Positions 7,547-18,371 are shown, counted from the first letter of the stretch. The stretch: 64,000 bases of DNA from Candidatus Levyibacteriota bacterium (GCA_016214555.1 JACROF010000002.1:136125-200124); one strand, 5' to 3'. Program-made: numbers and translations. Notes: generated by a model from the sequence alone, not told the origin.

Positions 7547-9805
7547 TTAGGGAGTGGGCGTTGAGGTTGGGCTTTCCGAGTTTTTATTCTTTAATTCCCC
7601 AGGCGGATTATAACGCTCCTCATCTTTATGAAACTCCGCAATCCATGCATCTATTCCTTCTTGCCATCTATTTCTCCCATCGGTTGAGACAGGATCACGT
7701 TCGGTAAAGACCCAGTAATCTTTTCCATCTTTATTTTGATAAATGGAAGAGCTAGAAGTGGGTTCTGTACCTTTGATAAAAAATTCAGATCTTGCTGGTT
7801 GACCGTCCCTTGGAAGACCACCGCCTAATGGATCAATTTGAAGAGCAATCACATTTTCAGGCTTTTTAAAATCCTCATCAGGTTTTCCTTTGAGGGCCAT
7901 AACCATAAGGTTATGCCATATTGGCGAAGCGCCTGTCGCACCTGATGCAATTGCCTGATTCATGGGGGTGTAATCATTATTTCCTACCCAAACACCCACA
8001 ACAAGTGATGGAGTGTAGCCAAAAGTCCAGTTGTCACGCTTTTCGTCTGTTGTTCCTGTCTTCGCAGCAACCGTACGACCTGGGATACGAAGATAAGAAT
8101 TTGTTCCAAATTCATCCGCTCGAGCGTTGTTGTCAAGAAGTATGTGGGAAATAATATATGCTACCTCTTCAGGTAGTACTCTTTTTCCTTCGCGAGGCTT
8201 ATACTCAAACAACTTATGACCCCTACTATCTGTAACTTTTAAAATAGCAACCGGATCCTGCCTCACGCCTCCATTGGCAAATACGCCATATGCTGTCACT
8301 TCATCAATCATATGTGTTTCGCGACCTCCCAAGACAAGCGACAAACCAACATTTTTGAGATTTTCATCAGTTGGCTCCCAGGAGGCAACTCCCATATCGT
8401 ACGCAAGCTGCATACTGTCTTTTATACCAACAAGAGCAAGCATTTTCACAGCGGGGATATTTAATGAATTTCCTAACGCAAAACGCATCTGGACAGGCCC
8501 TCTAAACTTCCCGTCATAATTGACAGGGTTGTAAGGCTCAGATGAACCGTCAGTAACAAATTCAGTCTTGGTGTCCATGAGCATTGTTGAGGCTGTATAT
8601 CCTTTTTCCAAAGCTTTCGCATAGATAATAGGCTTCATCGATGACCCAGGCTGTCTATCAGCTTGAGTTACTACATTAAAATTGCCATCAATATCTTCAC
8701 TAAAATAGTCTTTACTACCAACCATAGCCAAAATCTCACCTGTTTTTGGCTCTGAAATAAGAGCAGCACCGTTGCTTACTTTGTATTTTTTAAGACTATC
8801 AATTTCATCTTTCACAATTTCCTCTGCTTTTTCCTGCATTTTAATATCAAGTGTTGTTGTCACCTGAAGCCCACCGTTCTGAACCATTTGATCCCCAAAT
8901 TTATCACCAAGAAGCTGACGAACATACATCACAAAATGTGCAGCTTTAAGATTTGCTGCTCGCTGAGTAAATTGATAATTTTTAATCTCAGTTAATGCCT
9001 TTTCTGCTTGAGCTTTAGTGATGTATTTATCTGCAACCATTCTCTTGAGGACTGAATCTGTTCGATCTATATAATATTTATTGCCACTAAATGGCGTATA
9101 GAGTGAAGGGAGCTGGGGAAGTCCTGCTAAAAATGCAGACTCTGCAAGATTTAATTCTTTTGCCTTTTTACCAAAATATTGCTCTGCAGCAGCTTCAACT
9201 CCAATTGCTGTTCCGCCATAAGGAATATTGTTGAGATACATTTCCAAAATCTGATCCTTTGAAAATCTATTATCAACCTGGATTGAAAGCATCAATTCTT
9301 TAATCTTACGAGGAAGAGACTTTTCGGATGTTAGAAGGACATTTTTGACCAATTGTTGAGTAATGGTCGAGCCTCCTCCAGCTATACGAGCTGAGAGAAG
9401 GGAGCGAGCAAATGCACGAAAAATTCCAATAATTGAAAACCCATTATTTTTATAAAAATCTTTGTCTTCAATCGCAATAGTACCTTGTTTGACATATTTT
9501 GGAATTTCATTAATTTTGACGTATGTTCTATTTTCATCTTGATACACAGAATAAAGAAGCTCACCATTTCTATCGTAAATCCTTGTTGCATCTTTATATT
9601 TTGAAGTTACCAATTTTCCAGGCGTTGGAAGATCACGGCTATACCAAAGAAAAAGAAGGGGGACAATGACAACACCAGCAATAAAAGCATAAAGCATGAG
9701 ACGAGTAACTCTACTCCAAAAAGATGCATTTTTAAAAGAGAGAAAAGAAGGAATTCTTATTCCTTTATGAAGACGACTCCTGCGCCTTGAGTGAAAATCA
9801 GGCAT
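7547..9805 (-). CDS. class A penicillin-binding protein (PBP1A family)
   Basis: TM anchor; transglycosylase EDKDF, GGSTITQQLVKN, RKIKE; transpeptidase SSMK, SLN, KTG. Confidence 0.95.
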   Translation of the reverse strand: MPDFHSRRRSRLHKGIRIPSFLSFKNASFWSRVTRLMLYAFIAGVVIVPLLFLWYSRDLPTPGKLVTSKYKDATRIYDRNGELLYSVYQDENRTYVKINEIPKYVKQGTIAIEDKDFYKNNGFSIIGIFRAFARSLLSARIAGGGSTITQQLVKNVLLTSEKSLPRKIKELMLSIQVDNRFSKDQILEMYLNNIPYGGTAIGVEAAAEQYFGKKAKELNLAESAFLAGLPQLPSLYTPFSGNKYYIDRTDSVLKRMVADKYITKAQAEKALTEIKNYQFTQRAANLKAAHFVMYVRQLLGDKFGDQMVQNGGLQVTTTLDIKMQEKAEEIVKDEIDSLKKYKVSNGAALISEPKTGEILAMVGSKDYFSEDIDGNFNVVTQADRQPGSSMKPIIYAKALEKGYTASTMLMDTKTEFVTDGSSEPYNPVNYDGKFRGPVQMRFALGNSLNIPAVKMLALVGIKDSMQLAYDMGVASWEPTDENLKNVGLSLVLGGRETHMIDEVTAYGVFANGGVRQDPVAILKVTDSRGHKLFEYKPREGKRVLPEEVAYIISHILLDNNARADEFGTNSYLRIPGRTVAAKTGTTDEKRDNWTFGYTPSLVVGVWVGNNDYTPMNQAIASGATGASPIWHNLMVMALKGKPDEDFKKPENVIALQIDPLGGGLPRDGQPARSEFFIKGTEPTSSSSIYQNKDGKDYWVFTERDPVSTDGRNRWQEGIDAWIAEFHKDEERYNPPGELKNKNSESPTSTPTP

Positions 9806-9860
9806 GATAATTATTATAGCAAATACCTAAAAGAACACAAAAATATGCTATACTCGTGCT

Positions 9861-11063
9861 ATGGACGAGATACAAACACTACTCAACCGTGGAGTAGATA
9901 AAATCTACCCAAGCAAAGAAGAACTCGAAAAGTTATTGCGCTCTGGAAAAAAGTTAACCATCTATCAAGGCTTTGATCCAACGGGAGATAAGCTTCATAT
10001 AGGACATATGGTAGGCTTGATGAAATTAGCCGATTGGCAAAAACTAGGCCATCACGTCATTTTCCTTATAGGTGATTTTACTGGCATGATTGGTGATCCA
10101 TCAGGGAAAAGCTCTACGCGTAAAATGCTCTCACATGAAGAAGTAATTAGAAATGCAAAATCATATAAAGATCAGGCTGGGAAAATTTTGAATTTTGAAG
10201 GAGAAAATGCTGCCGAGGTTAAATATAATGGTGACTGGCTTCAAAAGATGAGCGCTATCGAATTTCTAAGAATTGCAGGTCTACTATCATATCAGCAAGT
10301 AGTAGAAAGGGATTTATTTCAAGAAAGAGCAAAAAACGGGCAGGATCTTTTCATGAATGAGTTTCTCTATCCTGTAATGCAAGCATATGATTCTGTAGCA
10401 ATGAATGTCGATGTGGAAGTAGGAGGCACAGATCAGATGTTTAATATGTTAATGGGGAGAAAACTTATGCGACACATGTTGCAAAAAGACAAATTTGTCA
10501 TGACTACTCCTATCCTCACAGACTCATCAGGCAATAAAATTGGTAAAACAGAAGGAAATGCTATTGCCTTAGATGATCACCCTGACGATCTCTATAGCAA
10601 AATTATGGCCTTACCAGATGATATTATCGTCAAAGGTTTTGAGTATCTAACAAGAATACCTTATCAAACAATTGATCTGATAAAGAACTCTCTACAAGGA
10701 GGAGATAACCCTATCAATCATAAAAAAAATCTTGCTCATGAGATAGTCAGGCAACTCTCCTCACAAGAAAAAGCTGACACAGCCCAGCAAAAATTTGAAT
10801 CTGTGATACAAAATAAACAAACTCCCACAGAAATTGAAGAGATCCCATTAACTATTTCTGTTTCGGAAAAAATTTCTGTTGCTGATGCTCTTGTTGCATT
10901 AGACCTTGTTGAAAGTAAATCAGAAGCAAAAAGACTTATCACTCAAGGAGGCGTAACTATCTATAATGAAGTTATCAGTGATCCCAACAAATTATTTGAG
11001 GGAAAAGATCAAGGAATTATCAAAATCGGTAAAAGAAAAATTGTCAAACTTCTTAAGCCCTAG
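9861..11063 (+). CDS. tyrS: tyrosyl-tRNA synthetase
   Basis: GFDPT, HIGH, YPVMQAYD, GGTDQ, KIGKT, C-terminal S4 domain. Confidence 0.97.
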   Translation: MDEIQTLLNRGVDKIYPSKEELEKLLRSGKKLTIYQGFDPTGDKLHIGHMVGLMKLADWQKLGHHVIFLIGDFTGMIGDPSGKSSTRKMLSHEEVIRNAKSYKDQAGKILNFEGENAAEVKYNGDWLQKMSAIEFLRIAGLLSYQQVVERDLFQERAKNGQDLFMNEFLYPVMQAYDSVAMNVDVEVGGTDQMFNMLMGRKLMRHMLQKDKFVMTTPILTDSSGNKIGKTEGNAIALDDHPDDLYSKIMALPDDIIVKGFEYLTRIPYQTIDLIKNSLQGGDNPINHKKNLAHEIVRQLSSQEKADTAQQKFESVIQNKQTPTEIEEIPLTISVSEKISVADALVALDLVESKSEAKRLITQGGVTIYNEVISDPNKLFEGKDQGIIKIGKRKIVKLLKP

Positions 11064-11075
11064 TATAATCTTTTT

Positions 11076-11183
11076 ATGAATTTTATCCGCGACCATCAAA
11101 AAGCTTTTCGCATTATTATGGCAGTTGCACTTGGGGCTCTCATTCTCTCATCATTCTTACCATTTCTCGTCTATCTTTTTTAA
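11076..11183 (+). CDS. 35-aa single-pass membrane peptide (not in ORF track)
   Basis: MNFIRDHQKAFRIIMAVALGALILSSFLPFLVYLF*; TATAAT just upstream; fills the tyrS-recG gap. Confidence 0.6.
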   Translation: MNFIRDHQKAFRIIMAVALGALILSSFLPFLVYLF

Positions 11184-11185
11184 GC

Positions 11186-13195
11186 ATGGCCCAACTACAC
11201 GACTTACTCTCAACGGGCAACCGTAGCCTTAAAATGTACGCTAAAAGGTTGCAAAAACTCGATCTTTATACCTTCCGCGATCTTTTATATCACATTCCTT
11301 CTCGTTATGAAGATTTCTCCCTTGTGTCTGAAATAGGAAAGGCCCAAGAAGGTGAGATCGTAACTATTAAAGGGCAAATACTTGAAGCAAAAAATGAATA
11401 CACAAGATCACGAAAAGCAATACAAAAAATGATCATCGCTGATCAAACAGGGTCAATTGCCCTTACGTGGTTTAATCAACCATACATCATTAAAAGTGTA
11501 GCGCTTAACGACTCCATCTCGGTCTCAGGAAAAGTAGAGCGCTTCAAAAACAACCTTACCATGATTTCTCCTGATTATGAGCTGGCAAGCAATAATCTTA
11601 TTCATACGGGACGAATTATTCCTATTTATCCCGAAACAGCAGGTGTTTCATCAAAATGGCTTCGAAGACAAATTGCACTTCTTCTTGAAGAACACCAAAA
11701 CATGACAGATCCTCTTCCAGAAACGATTAAAAATGAGTATGGACTTTTAGATCTTTCATTCTCGCTGAAAGAAATTCATTTTCCTTCCTCTTTTGATAGT
11801 GTTGAAAAAGCAAGGCACAGACTTGCATTTGATGAAGTTTTTTATATGCAGCTAGCAGGCATTGAAAGAAAGAAGCTATGGCATAGCAACAAAACTGCCC
11901 GAAAATTGACGATCTCTGAAAAAGATCTGAAAGCATTTGTTATCTCTTTACCTTTTACCCTTACTGACTCACAAAAACAAGCTGTCAACGATCTCACATC
12001 TGACCTAAGTAAAGAAAAACCAATGAATAGACTTCTTCAAGGAGACGTTGGAAGTGGGAAGACTGTCATTGCAGCAATTGGCGCATACATTACAGCAAAA
12101 AACGGGCTTCAAAGCGCTATTATGGCACCAACAGAAATATTGGCAAAGCAGCATTTCGCTACTCTAGATATATTGTTGAAACCTTTTGAAATAAAGGTTG
12201 GTATTGTAACAAGTAGCGAAAAAATGAAGAAAGAAGATTCCTATGATGTTCTTGTTGGTACTCATGCTTTAGTCTCAAAATCAGTTGTATTTAAGAAATT
12301 AGGATTTGTTGTTATTGACGAACAACAGCGCTTTGGAGTATCACAACGTTTTATTCTCAGGGAGAAAGGTGTCAATCCACATGTCTTTACCATGACAGCA
12401 ACGCCCATCCCAAGAACCATGATGCTAACACTGTACCGAGAACTTGATGCTTCATATCTCACCCATATGCCAAAAGGAAGAAAAACTATCAAAACGTGGC
12501 TCGTGTCAGAAGAAAAAAGGCAAAATGCTTACTCGTGGATAGAAAAACAAATTCAGACGACAAAAAGTCAGGTGTTTATCATCTGTCCATTTATCGAAAT
12601 ATCAGAGACAATGCAGACTGTCAAATCAGCAGTAAAAGAGTTTGAAACTCTACAAGAGATTTTCCCAAAAATGAAGATGGGACTTTTGCATGGAAAACTA
12701 AAAGCTAAAGAAAAAGATGAGGCTCTCAAAAATTTTCGTGATAAAAAATATCAGATCCTCGTTGCTACTCCAGTAGTCGAAGTAGGGATAGACATTCCAA
12801 ACGCTACTATCATTGTCATTGAAGGAAGTGAACGATTTGGACTCGCGCAACTTCATCAGCTCAGAGGAAGGGTGGGGAGGGGAGAAAAACAATCATACTG
12901 TCTTCTGTTTTCAGATGCGAAAAACCAGAAAGCCCTGTCAAGACTTAGAGCAATGGAAAATATGCAAAATGGAGCTGAGCTCGCAGAGTTTGATCTCACC
13001 CTCAGAGGACCAGGCGATATTTTTGGGACAAAACAATCAGGAGTACGAATACTCAAAATAGCTTCATTTTCAGATTTTGACCTCCTACAAAAAGCTAAAA
13101 ATGCAGCACAAAGCATCGAAAAAACACTAGATGATTTCCCAGAGCTCTCAAAAGAGGTAAAAAGTTTTGTTATAACCCCTTCAAGCCCTGATTAA
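11186..13195 (+). CDS. recG: ATP-dependent DNA helicase RecG
   Basis: RLLQGDVGSGKT, DEQQRFG, MTATPIPRT, QLHQLRGRVGR, RGPG. Confidence 0.96.
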   Translation: MAQLHDLLSTGNRSLKMYAKRLQKLDLYTFRDLLYHIPSRYEDFSLVSEIGKAQEGEIVTIKGQILEAKNEYTRSRKAIQKMIIADQTGSIALTWFNQPYIIKSVALNDSISVSGKVERFKNNLTMISPDYELASNNLIHTGRIIPIYPETAGVSSKWLRRQIALLLEEHQNMTDPLPETIKNEYGLLDLSFSLKEIHFPSSFDSVEKARHRLAFDEVFYMQLAGIERKKLWHSNKTARKLTISEKDLKAFVISLPFTLTDSQKQAVNDLTSDLSKEKPMNRLLQGDVGSGKTVIAAIGAYITAKNGLQSAIMAPTEILAKQHFATLDILLKPFEIKVGIVTSSEKMKKEDSYDVLVGTHALVSKSVVFKKLGFVVIDEQQRFGVSQRFILREKGVNPHVFTMTATPIPRTMMLTLYRELDASYLTHMPKGRKTIKTWLVSEEKRQNAYSWIEKQIQTTKSQVFIICPFIEISETMQTVKSAVKEFETLQEIFPKMKMGLLHGKLKAKEKDEALKNFRDKKYQILVATPVVEVGIDIPNATIIVIEGSERFGLAQLHQLRGRVGRGEKQSYCLLFSDAKNQKALSRLRAMENMQNGAELAEFDLTLRGPGDIFGTKQSGVRILKIASFSDFDLLQKAKNAAQSIEKTLDDFPELSKEVKSFVITPSSPD

Positions 13196-13233
13196 AAATT
13201 GACAGAGTTATTATTTACTCATACACTAATATT

Positions 13234-14352
13234 GTGCCCGTAGAATATACTTTACAAACTCAACAGACACAAGTTCCCGTTCAAGAACACACGCTTCCAA
13301 CAAGATATCTTGTTCTAGTTGGTATTGTCATCGCTATCACTACTCTACTTCTTGGGATACTTCTGGGTGCGATCTTTTCAAAGCCCAAAAATGCACCAAA
13401 GATAACAAAATCTGCCCAGCCGTCACCAACTATCTCTCAAAAAGTAGTGGAAACAGTTACTCCAACGCCTATGCAAGAAACAATCTCTTTGGCTTTTCTT
13501 CCAGGAAAACAGTATTTTGATGATGCCTATATTGCTGTTGAGGAAAAATCTCCCCACAAGACACTACTGCTCTCTGTTGCAAGACTTGAGCAGCAGCAAA
13601 ATTTTACGCAATTTACTAAAGTTAGCTACTTTGATGGCAAAGAATGGAAAAGAATCACCCTCACAAACACAACTCAAGATGGTACAGTTGTCCCTAATTC
13701 TCTTCTTCGCTTGTGGAATGACATAGAAAATGCACAAGGTGATTTGAAAAAAATCATTGCAACCGTCCAGGTTCAAAAACAAATTGTTTCACTAGCCTCA
13801 CCAACCCTGTCTGGTGAAATTAGCATCCAGAGCCTTCCTGGTTCTACAAAATTCATATATCAAGGGGTTGGCACACTACAAATTGATAATCAAAGTTTTG
13901 ATGTAAAGGTTTTCCGAAGTAAAACATACTCGTTTAATGCTTCTGATCTTTCATTTTTAGGAACACCTGAATTGCTCACATCAGATTTTATGATTTCATG
14001 GGATCAAGAGGGAGCGTTTTATTATGGCTCTTCTCATAAAACTCAAAACTCTATCAATAAAATTCAAAATTCTCAATTAGGGGTTCTTGAAGATGCGATT
14101 CGTAAAGTCAGCAAGTCTCTACAAATATCTAGCTCAATGAGCCAAAGCAGTGACTCACAAAAACAATATCAAATAACGCTTCAGGATCCTATTAATACAC
14201 GCATTTCGTACCCAATGATCAACACTGTAGAAAAATCACCATCACAAGCTTATTCTTGGATCTTGGGTGTAGGAGATAGTCAAATAGTAAAAAGTGAGGG
14301 AAGAACAGTTGATGGATATGGAGTATTTGAATTTATTCAACAGCTGAAATAA
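13234..14352 (+). CDS. membrane-anchored extracellular hypothetical protein
   Basis: N-terminal TM helix, P/T-rich linker, TTGACA...TACACT promoter upstream. Confidence 0.7.
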   Translation: MPVEYTLQTQQTQVPVQEHTLPTRYLVLVGIVIAITTLLLGILLGAIFSKPKNAPKITKSAQPSPTISQKVVETVTPTPMQETISLAFLPGKQYFDDAYIAVEEKSPHKTLLLSVARLEQQQNFTQFTKVSYFDGKEWKRITLTNTTQDGTVVPNSLLRLWNDIENAQGDLKKIIATVQVQKQIVSLASPTLSGEISIQSLPGSTKFIYQGVGTLQIDNQSFDVKVFRSKTYSFNASDLSFLGTPELLTSDFMISWDQEGAFYYGSSHKTQNSINKIQNSQLGVLEDAIRKVSKSLQISSSMSQSSDSQKQYQITLQDPINTRISYPMINTVEKSPSQAYSWILGVGDSQIVKSEGRTVDGYGVFEFIQQLK

Positions 14353-15108
14353 TCAGATATCGAGTTTGATCTTTAATCCAAAATGGTCTGACAAATCAAC
14401 ATCATTCACTAATGAGAACTCTGACGTAAATAGCTTGTTGGTATAGATAAAATCAACAGCAAGTCCTGGAGGAAAAAGGCTTGTTACCCTATGAAGACGT
14501 GGATTGAGAGTATTTGAAAGTTGCTCAGCATGATTAGTCGCAAACGTATTGAGGTCTTTAATAATCTGAGAGCTTTTCGTAACATTGAAATCTCCAGAAA
14601 GAACAAAAGGCTCCTCAAGCGTAGAGATGAAGCTGCTTAAAATTTTTCCTTGTTCTATTTTGTAAGGCTTGTCCTCAGGAGTCGGACCCCATGCTAAGTG
14701 AGTGTTAACAAACCAAACTTCTTTCTTAAGCTGAAACTGCAGCGCCAATGCCAATCGGGGAAAACGCATCATTACTTCTTGCATTGAAATTTCATGCCTG
14801 GTGAACTCAACGTAGGGGTTAAGCCAAATTATTTTTTTATTTTTGACTTGTAAACCATTTTTATACAGAGTTGCATTGCCGAAATAAGAAGTTTCCTCAT
14901 TTTTTATCCTCAAAGAAATCGCCAACTCTCCTTGATACCCAAGTTCTTTTTTGAGAATAGCAAAGGTATCATCGCTACCTCTTCTTCCAATTCCTCTTGA
15001 AACTTCTTGGAAATGAATAATGTCAAAAGACTCTTTCTTTACATAATCGATAATTTGTTCAAGGTTTCGCCCTGTTTGAATATTTAGATGAAAAAAGGAT
15101 AAATTCAC
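14353..15108 (-). CDS. endonuclease/exonuclease/phosphatase (EEP) family protein
   Basis: LNI, DIIHFQEV, NTHL, GDFN, DFIY, SDH motifs. Confidence 0.9.
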   Translation of the reverse strand: MNLSFFHLNIQTGRNLEQIIDYVKKESFDIIHFQEVSRGIGRRGSDDTFAILKKELGYQGELAISLRIKNEETSYFGNATLYKNGLQVKNKKIIWLNPYVEFTRHEISMQEVMMRFPRLALALQFQLKKEVWFVNTHLAWGPTPEDKPYKIEQGKILSSFISTLEEPFVLSGDFNVTKSSQIIKDLNTFATNHAEQLSNTLNPRLHRVTSLFPPGLAVDFIYTNKLFTSEFSLVNDVDLSDHFGLKIKLDI

Positions 15109-15168
15109 CTTTCCATTGTAACACGTCTAGATGTTGCGATTTGATCGTAAATAAGATACAATACACAC

Positions 15169-15375
15169 ATGTCACAAGAACCAAAAAAGAGACACTCAAG
15201 ACAACGTCAAGGAAAAAGACGCGCAGCAATCTCACTTTCTATACCAAAAACGGTTAAGTGTGATAATTGTGGCAGCATGCATCTTCCTCACACAATTTGC
15301 TCAGCGTGTGGTTTTTATAAAAAAACACAATTTATCACAAAGAAAAACCCTACTAATAAGCCAGCAATAGCATAA
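15169..15375 (+). CDS. rpmF: 50S ribosomal protein L32 (Zn-ribbon type)
   Basis: PKKRHS..KRR, CDNCG..HTICSACGFY. Confidence 0.93.
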   Translation: MSQEPKKRHSRQRQGKRRAAISLSIPKTVKCDNCGSMHLPHTICSACGFYKKTQFITKKNPTNKPAIA

Positions 15376-15387
15376 TATCAAGAGTAC

Positions 15388-15756
15388 ATGAAGACCTCAC
15401 AAGACCCTCGACATATCAAAAGACAACACACCGTTCAAGAGTTATTTAAAATTCAATTCCACAATCAACCCATTTCCCCCAGAGCTGAAGAAGTTTTGAA
15501 AAATAAAGACGTCATTGATGCAAAAATCCAAGAAGCAGCACCTGAATTTCCCATAGATAAAATTAATCGTGTTGATCTATCAATCCTTCGTCTTGCAGTT
15601 TTTGAACTTCTCATCGAAAAAAAAGAGCCAGTAAATGTTATAATTGATGAAGCGGTTGAACTCGGCAAAGAATTTGGCGGGGAAGCTAGTCCAAGCTTTA
15701 TCAATGGTGCCCTTGGCAATATCATAAATCATGAAAGACCTTCCAAAGATCAATAA
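15388..15756 (+). CDS. nusB: transcription antitermination factor NusB
   Basis: DLSILRLAVFE, VIIDEAVELGKEFG, FINGAL. Confidence 0.93.
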   Translation: MKTSQDPRHIKRQHTVQELFKIQFHNQPISPRAEEVLKNKDVIDAKIQEAAPEFPIDKINRVDLSILRLAVFELLIEKKEPVNVIIDEAVELGKEFGGEASPSFINGALGNIINHERPSKDQ

Positions 15757-16411
15757 CCAACATTTATTCGACCAAGCCTTTACTCACAGATCATATTTAA
15801 ATGAGTCTAAAAATGAGATTGAGTCAAATGAACGCCTCGAATTTCTAGGAGACAGTATTCTTTCTTTTATCGTTTCTGACCATCTCTATAAAAATTACAC
15901 TCACTTTGACGAAGGAATTTTAACAAATCTTCGCTCATTATTAGTAAACACAAAAAGCATCGCAAAAGCAGCAAAAGAGCTCAATTTTGGCCAATATCTC
16001 AAACTTTCTAAAGGAGAGGAAGACTCAAAAGGAAGAGAGAATGAATCGCTTCTTGCAAATTCATTTGAAGCTTTTTTGGGAGCTCTCTTTCTTGATCAAG
16101 GCATTGAAAAAGCAAGAGAATTTGTCGCAGATATGCTTTTCCCACAAATAGAAGAGATAGTTGAGAAAAAAGCATTTAAGGATCCTAAAAGTCTTTTACA
16201 AGAATTTGTTCAGGCAAGAAAACAAAATTCGCCAATGTATAAAGTGCTTCACGAGGAAGGACCACCTCACTCTAAAATTTTTACCATTGGTGCTTTTGTA
16301 AATCAGCTTCAAATAGGGGAGGGGACTGGAAAATCAAAACAAGATGCAGAAGAGCAAGCTGCTGAACAAGCACTGGCTTATCTTCAAAAAGAAGGCCTTA
16401 AAGAAGCGTAA
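15731..16411 (+). CDS. rnc: ribonuclease III
   Basis: NERLEFLGDS signature, C-terminal dsRBD. Confidence 0.97.
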   Translation: MKDLPKINNQHLFDQAFTHRSYLNESKNEIESNERLEFLGDSILSFIVSDHLYKNYTHFDEGILTNLRSLLVNTKSIAKAAKELNFGQYLKLSKGEEDSKGRENESLLANSFEAFLGALFLDQGIEKAREFVADMLFPQIEEIVEKKAFKDPKSLLQEFVQARKQNSPMYKVLHEEGPPHSKIFTIGAFVNQLQIGEGTGKSKQDAEEQAAEQALAYLQKEGLKEA

Positions 16412-16452
16412 TTTACTTGAGAATCCTTCATCTTTCTGATACAATACTTCCT

Positions 16453-16680
16453 ATGGCAGTTGTAATTAGACTAACAAGAACAGGCAAAAAAGGAGAACGA
16501 AAGTTCCGCATTGTCGTCAAGGAGAAAAGAAGTCGCCGAGATGGCGACTCTGTTGAGGTGCTCGGATGGTATGAAAAAACACCAGACAACAGCAGAAAAA
16601 AGATAAATCTTGACCGCTACAAGTATTGGATTTCTCAGGGAGCACTTCCTTCAAAAACCGTTTCGGAGATAGTAAAGTGA
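16453..16680 (+). CDS. rpsP: 30S ribosomal protein S16
   Basis: VIRLTRTG, RIVV, RRDG, GALPS. Confidence 0.95.
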   Translation: MAVVIRLTRTGKKGERKFRIVVKEKRSRRDGDSVEVLGWYEKTPDNSRKKINLDRYKYWISQGALPSKTVSEIVK

Positions 16681-16682
16681 CC

Positions 16683-16928
16683 ATGAAAGATACTCTTCAT
16701 TTTATTGTTAGTGCTATTGTTGACAATCAAGAAGCTGTAAGTATCGATGAACACGAAGAAGATGGTGTTGTTGTACTTACCATCCACGTTGATCCTGCAG
16801 ATATGGGAAAAATTATTGGAAAAGAAGGTAAAGTTATTCGAAGTATCCGAAATATTATGAAAGTTAAAGCTATGAAGCACAACATTCGAATCTCCGTCTC
16901 ACTTGCAGACAACGAAAAAAAAAAAAAA
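16683..16928 (+). CDS. khpA: KH-domain RNA-binding protein; no stop codon, runs in frame into trmD across an A14 tract
   Basis: DMGKIIGKEGKVIRSIR; position after rpsP. Confidence 0.85.
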
Positions 16929-16949
16929 TCCCAATACCAACCTCTCTCT

Positions 16950-17645
16950 ATGAAAATAACTATCATCACCCTTTTTCCTGAGATGTTTTCTGGTGCCTTC
17001 TCTCACTCAATTGTTAAAAACGCACAAGAAAAAAACCTCATAATAATTTCATATGTAGATCTTCGTCAATTCGGACTGGGGCAACATCAAACAGTCGACG
17101 ACACACCTTATGGAGGAGGAATTGGTATGATTCTTCGCGTAGATGTTGTCAAAAAGGCTATTGATGCTGCAAGAGATCCACAATACACAAATGAAAGAGT
17201 TATTCTTTTGGGTGCATCAGGGAAAAAATACTCCCAGCGTATAGCTGAAAAGTATGTATCAACATACCAACATCTTATTTTCATTTGCGGGCATTATGAG
17301 GGATTTGATGAAAGAGTTAAAAAATATGTTGATGAAGAAATCTCACTTGGCGACTTTATCCTAACAGGGGGCGAGATTCCAACAATGGCAATAGTTGACT
17401 CTATTACAAGATTGATTCCAGGTGTATTTAAGGAAGGAGTCACAACTCATGAATCATTTACTCACAAAGATGATAAAGGTTATCTCCTTGAATATCCGCA
17501 ATACACTAAGCCTCAGGATTTTGAAGGAGATAAAGTCCCTGATGTTCTTCTTTCAGGAAATCACAAAAAAATTGAGAGCTGGAGAAATGCAATGGCACGA
17601 AAAAAAACAGACACACTCAGACCAGATCTTCACAATAAATCCTAA
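16950..17645 (+). CDS. trmD: tRNA (guanine37-N1)-methyltransferase
   Basis: TLFPEMF, VDDTPYGGG, CGHYEGFDER, SLGDFILTGGE, LLSGNH. Confidence 0.96.
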   Translation: MKITIITLFPEMFSGAFSHSIVKNAQEKNLIIISYVDLRQFGLGQHQTVDDTPYGGGIGMILRVDVVKKAIDAARDPQYTNERVILLGASGKKYSQRIAEKYVSTYQHLIFICGHYEGFDERVKKYVDEEISLGDFILTGGEIPTMAIVDSITRLIPGVFKEGVTTHESFTHKDDKGYLLEYPQYTKPQDFEGDKVPDVLLSGNHKKIESWRNAMARKKTDTLRPDLHNKS

Positions 17646-18370
17646 TTTCCACTTTCTGATGCTACTTGTTGATCAAAGGCGACATCCTTGACAGTTATAT
17701 CCCACTTTTTAAGCATCTCAATTGTTTGGAGTTTGTCTTGATCAATAACTCGTAGCGGATCAGTATAAGTAATTTGTGTTTCTTTTGGAAGATATTTGTA
17801 AAAAAAGATCATACCTAAGTCACCACTATTGTTGCTATATGACACATTTACGATCTCAGCAAGTGGCAACACCTCATTTACCTTCTGCAAGAAAGTTTGA
17901 AATTGAGCAATTGTTCCTTTTATAGTAACTTTAACAGAGATTGCTGTCTCTGGTGAAAGATTTGCTGAGGTTGTTGATAAATTTCCAACCTGGAAAGTAT
18001 AGTCGTCAAGAGAAACACTAGATGAAATAGCAAGATAATTTATGGTGTTAATAATTGACGTATAGTCTTTGACATAGGGAAGAGCTTTTTTCGCAAGATC
18101 ATAATCAGTTGCAATAACTTGATCACTAAGTGAGTTAACCAAGGAAATATTTTTTTGGAGCGTATCTATCCTGTCATTGGTTGCCTTTAATTCATTTTGT
18201 ATTGAAAACCATCGATCAATCTGAGGCATAACAAACTTACCAACAACCACTATAACGACAACTGCAATAAGAACACTTAGGGCAAGAGAAAATTGAGGTG
18301 CATCTTTGTACTTGAAATAAAGAATCCGTATATCTTCAAGCGATCTAATATTGTTTAGTTCATTAAGCAT
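17642..18370 (-). CDS. pilO: type IV pilus alignment protein, PilO-like
   Basis: TM + coiled coil + ferredoxin-like C-terminus; follows pilM-pilN. Confidence 0.65.
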   Translation of the reverse strand: MLNELNNIRSLEDIRILYFKYKDAPQFSLALSVLIAVVVIVVVGKFVMPQIDRWFSIQNELKATNDRIDTLQKNISLVNSLSDQVIATDYDLAKKALPYVKDYTSIINTINYLAISSSVSLDDYTFQVGNLSTTSANLSPETAISVKVTIKGTIAQFQTFLQKVNEVLPLAEIVNVSYSNNSGDLGMIFFYKYLPKETQITYTDPLRVIDQDKLQTIEMLKKWDITVKDVAFDQQVASESGN

Positions 18371-18371
18371 A

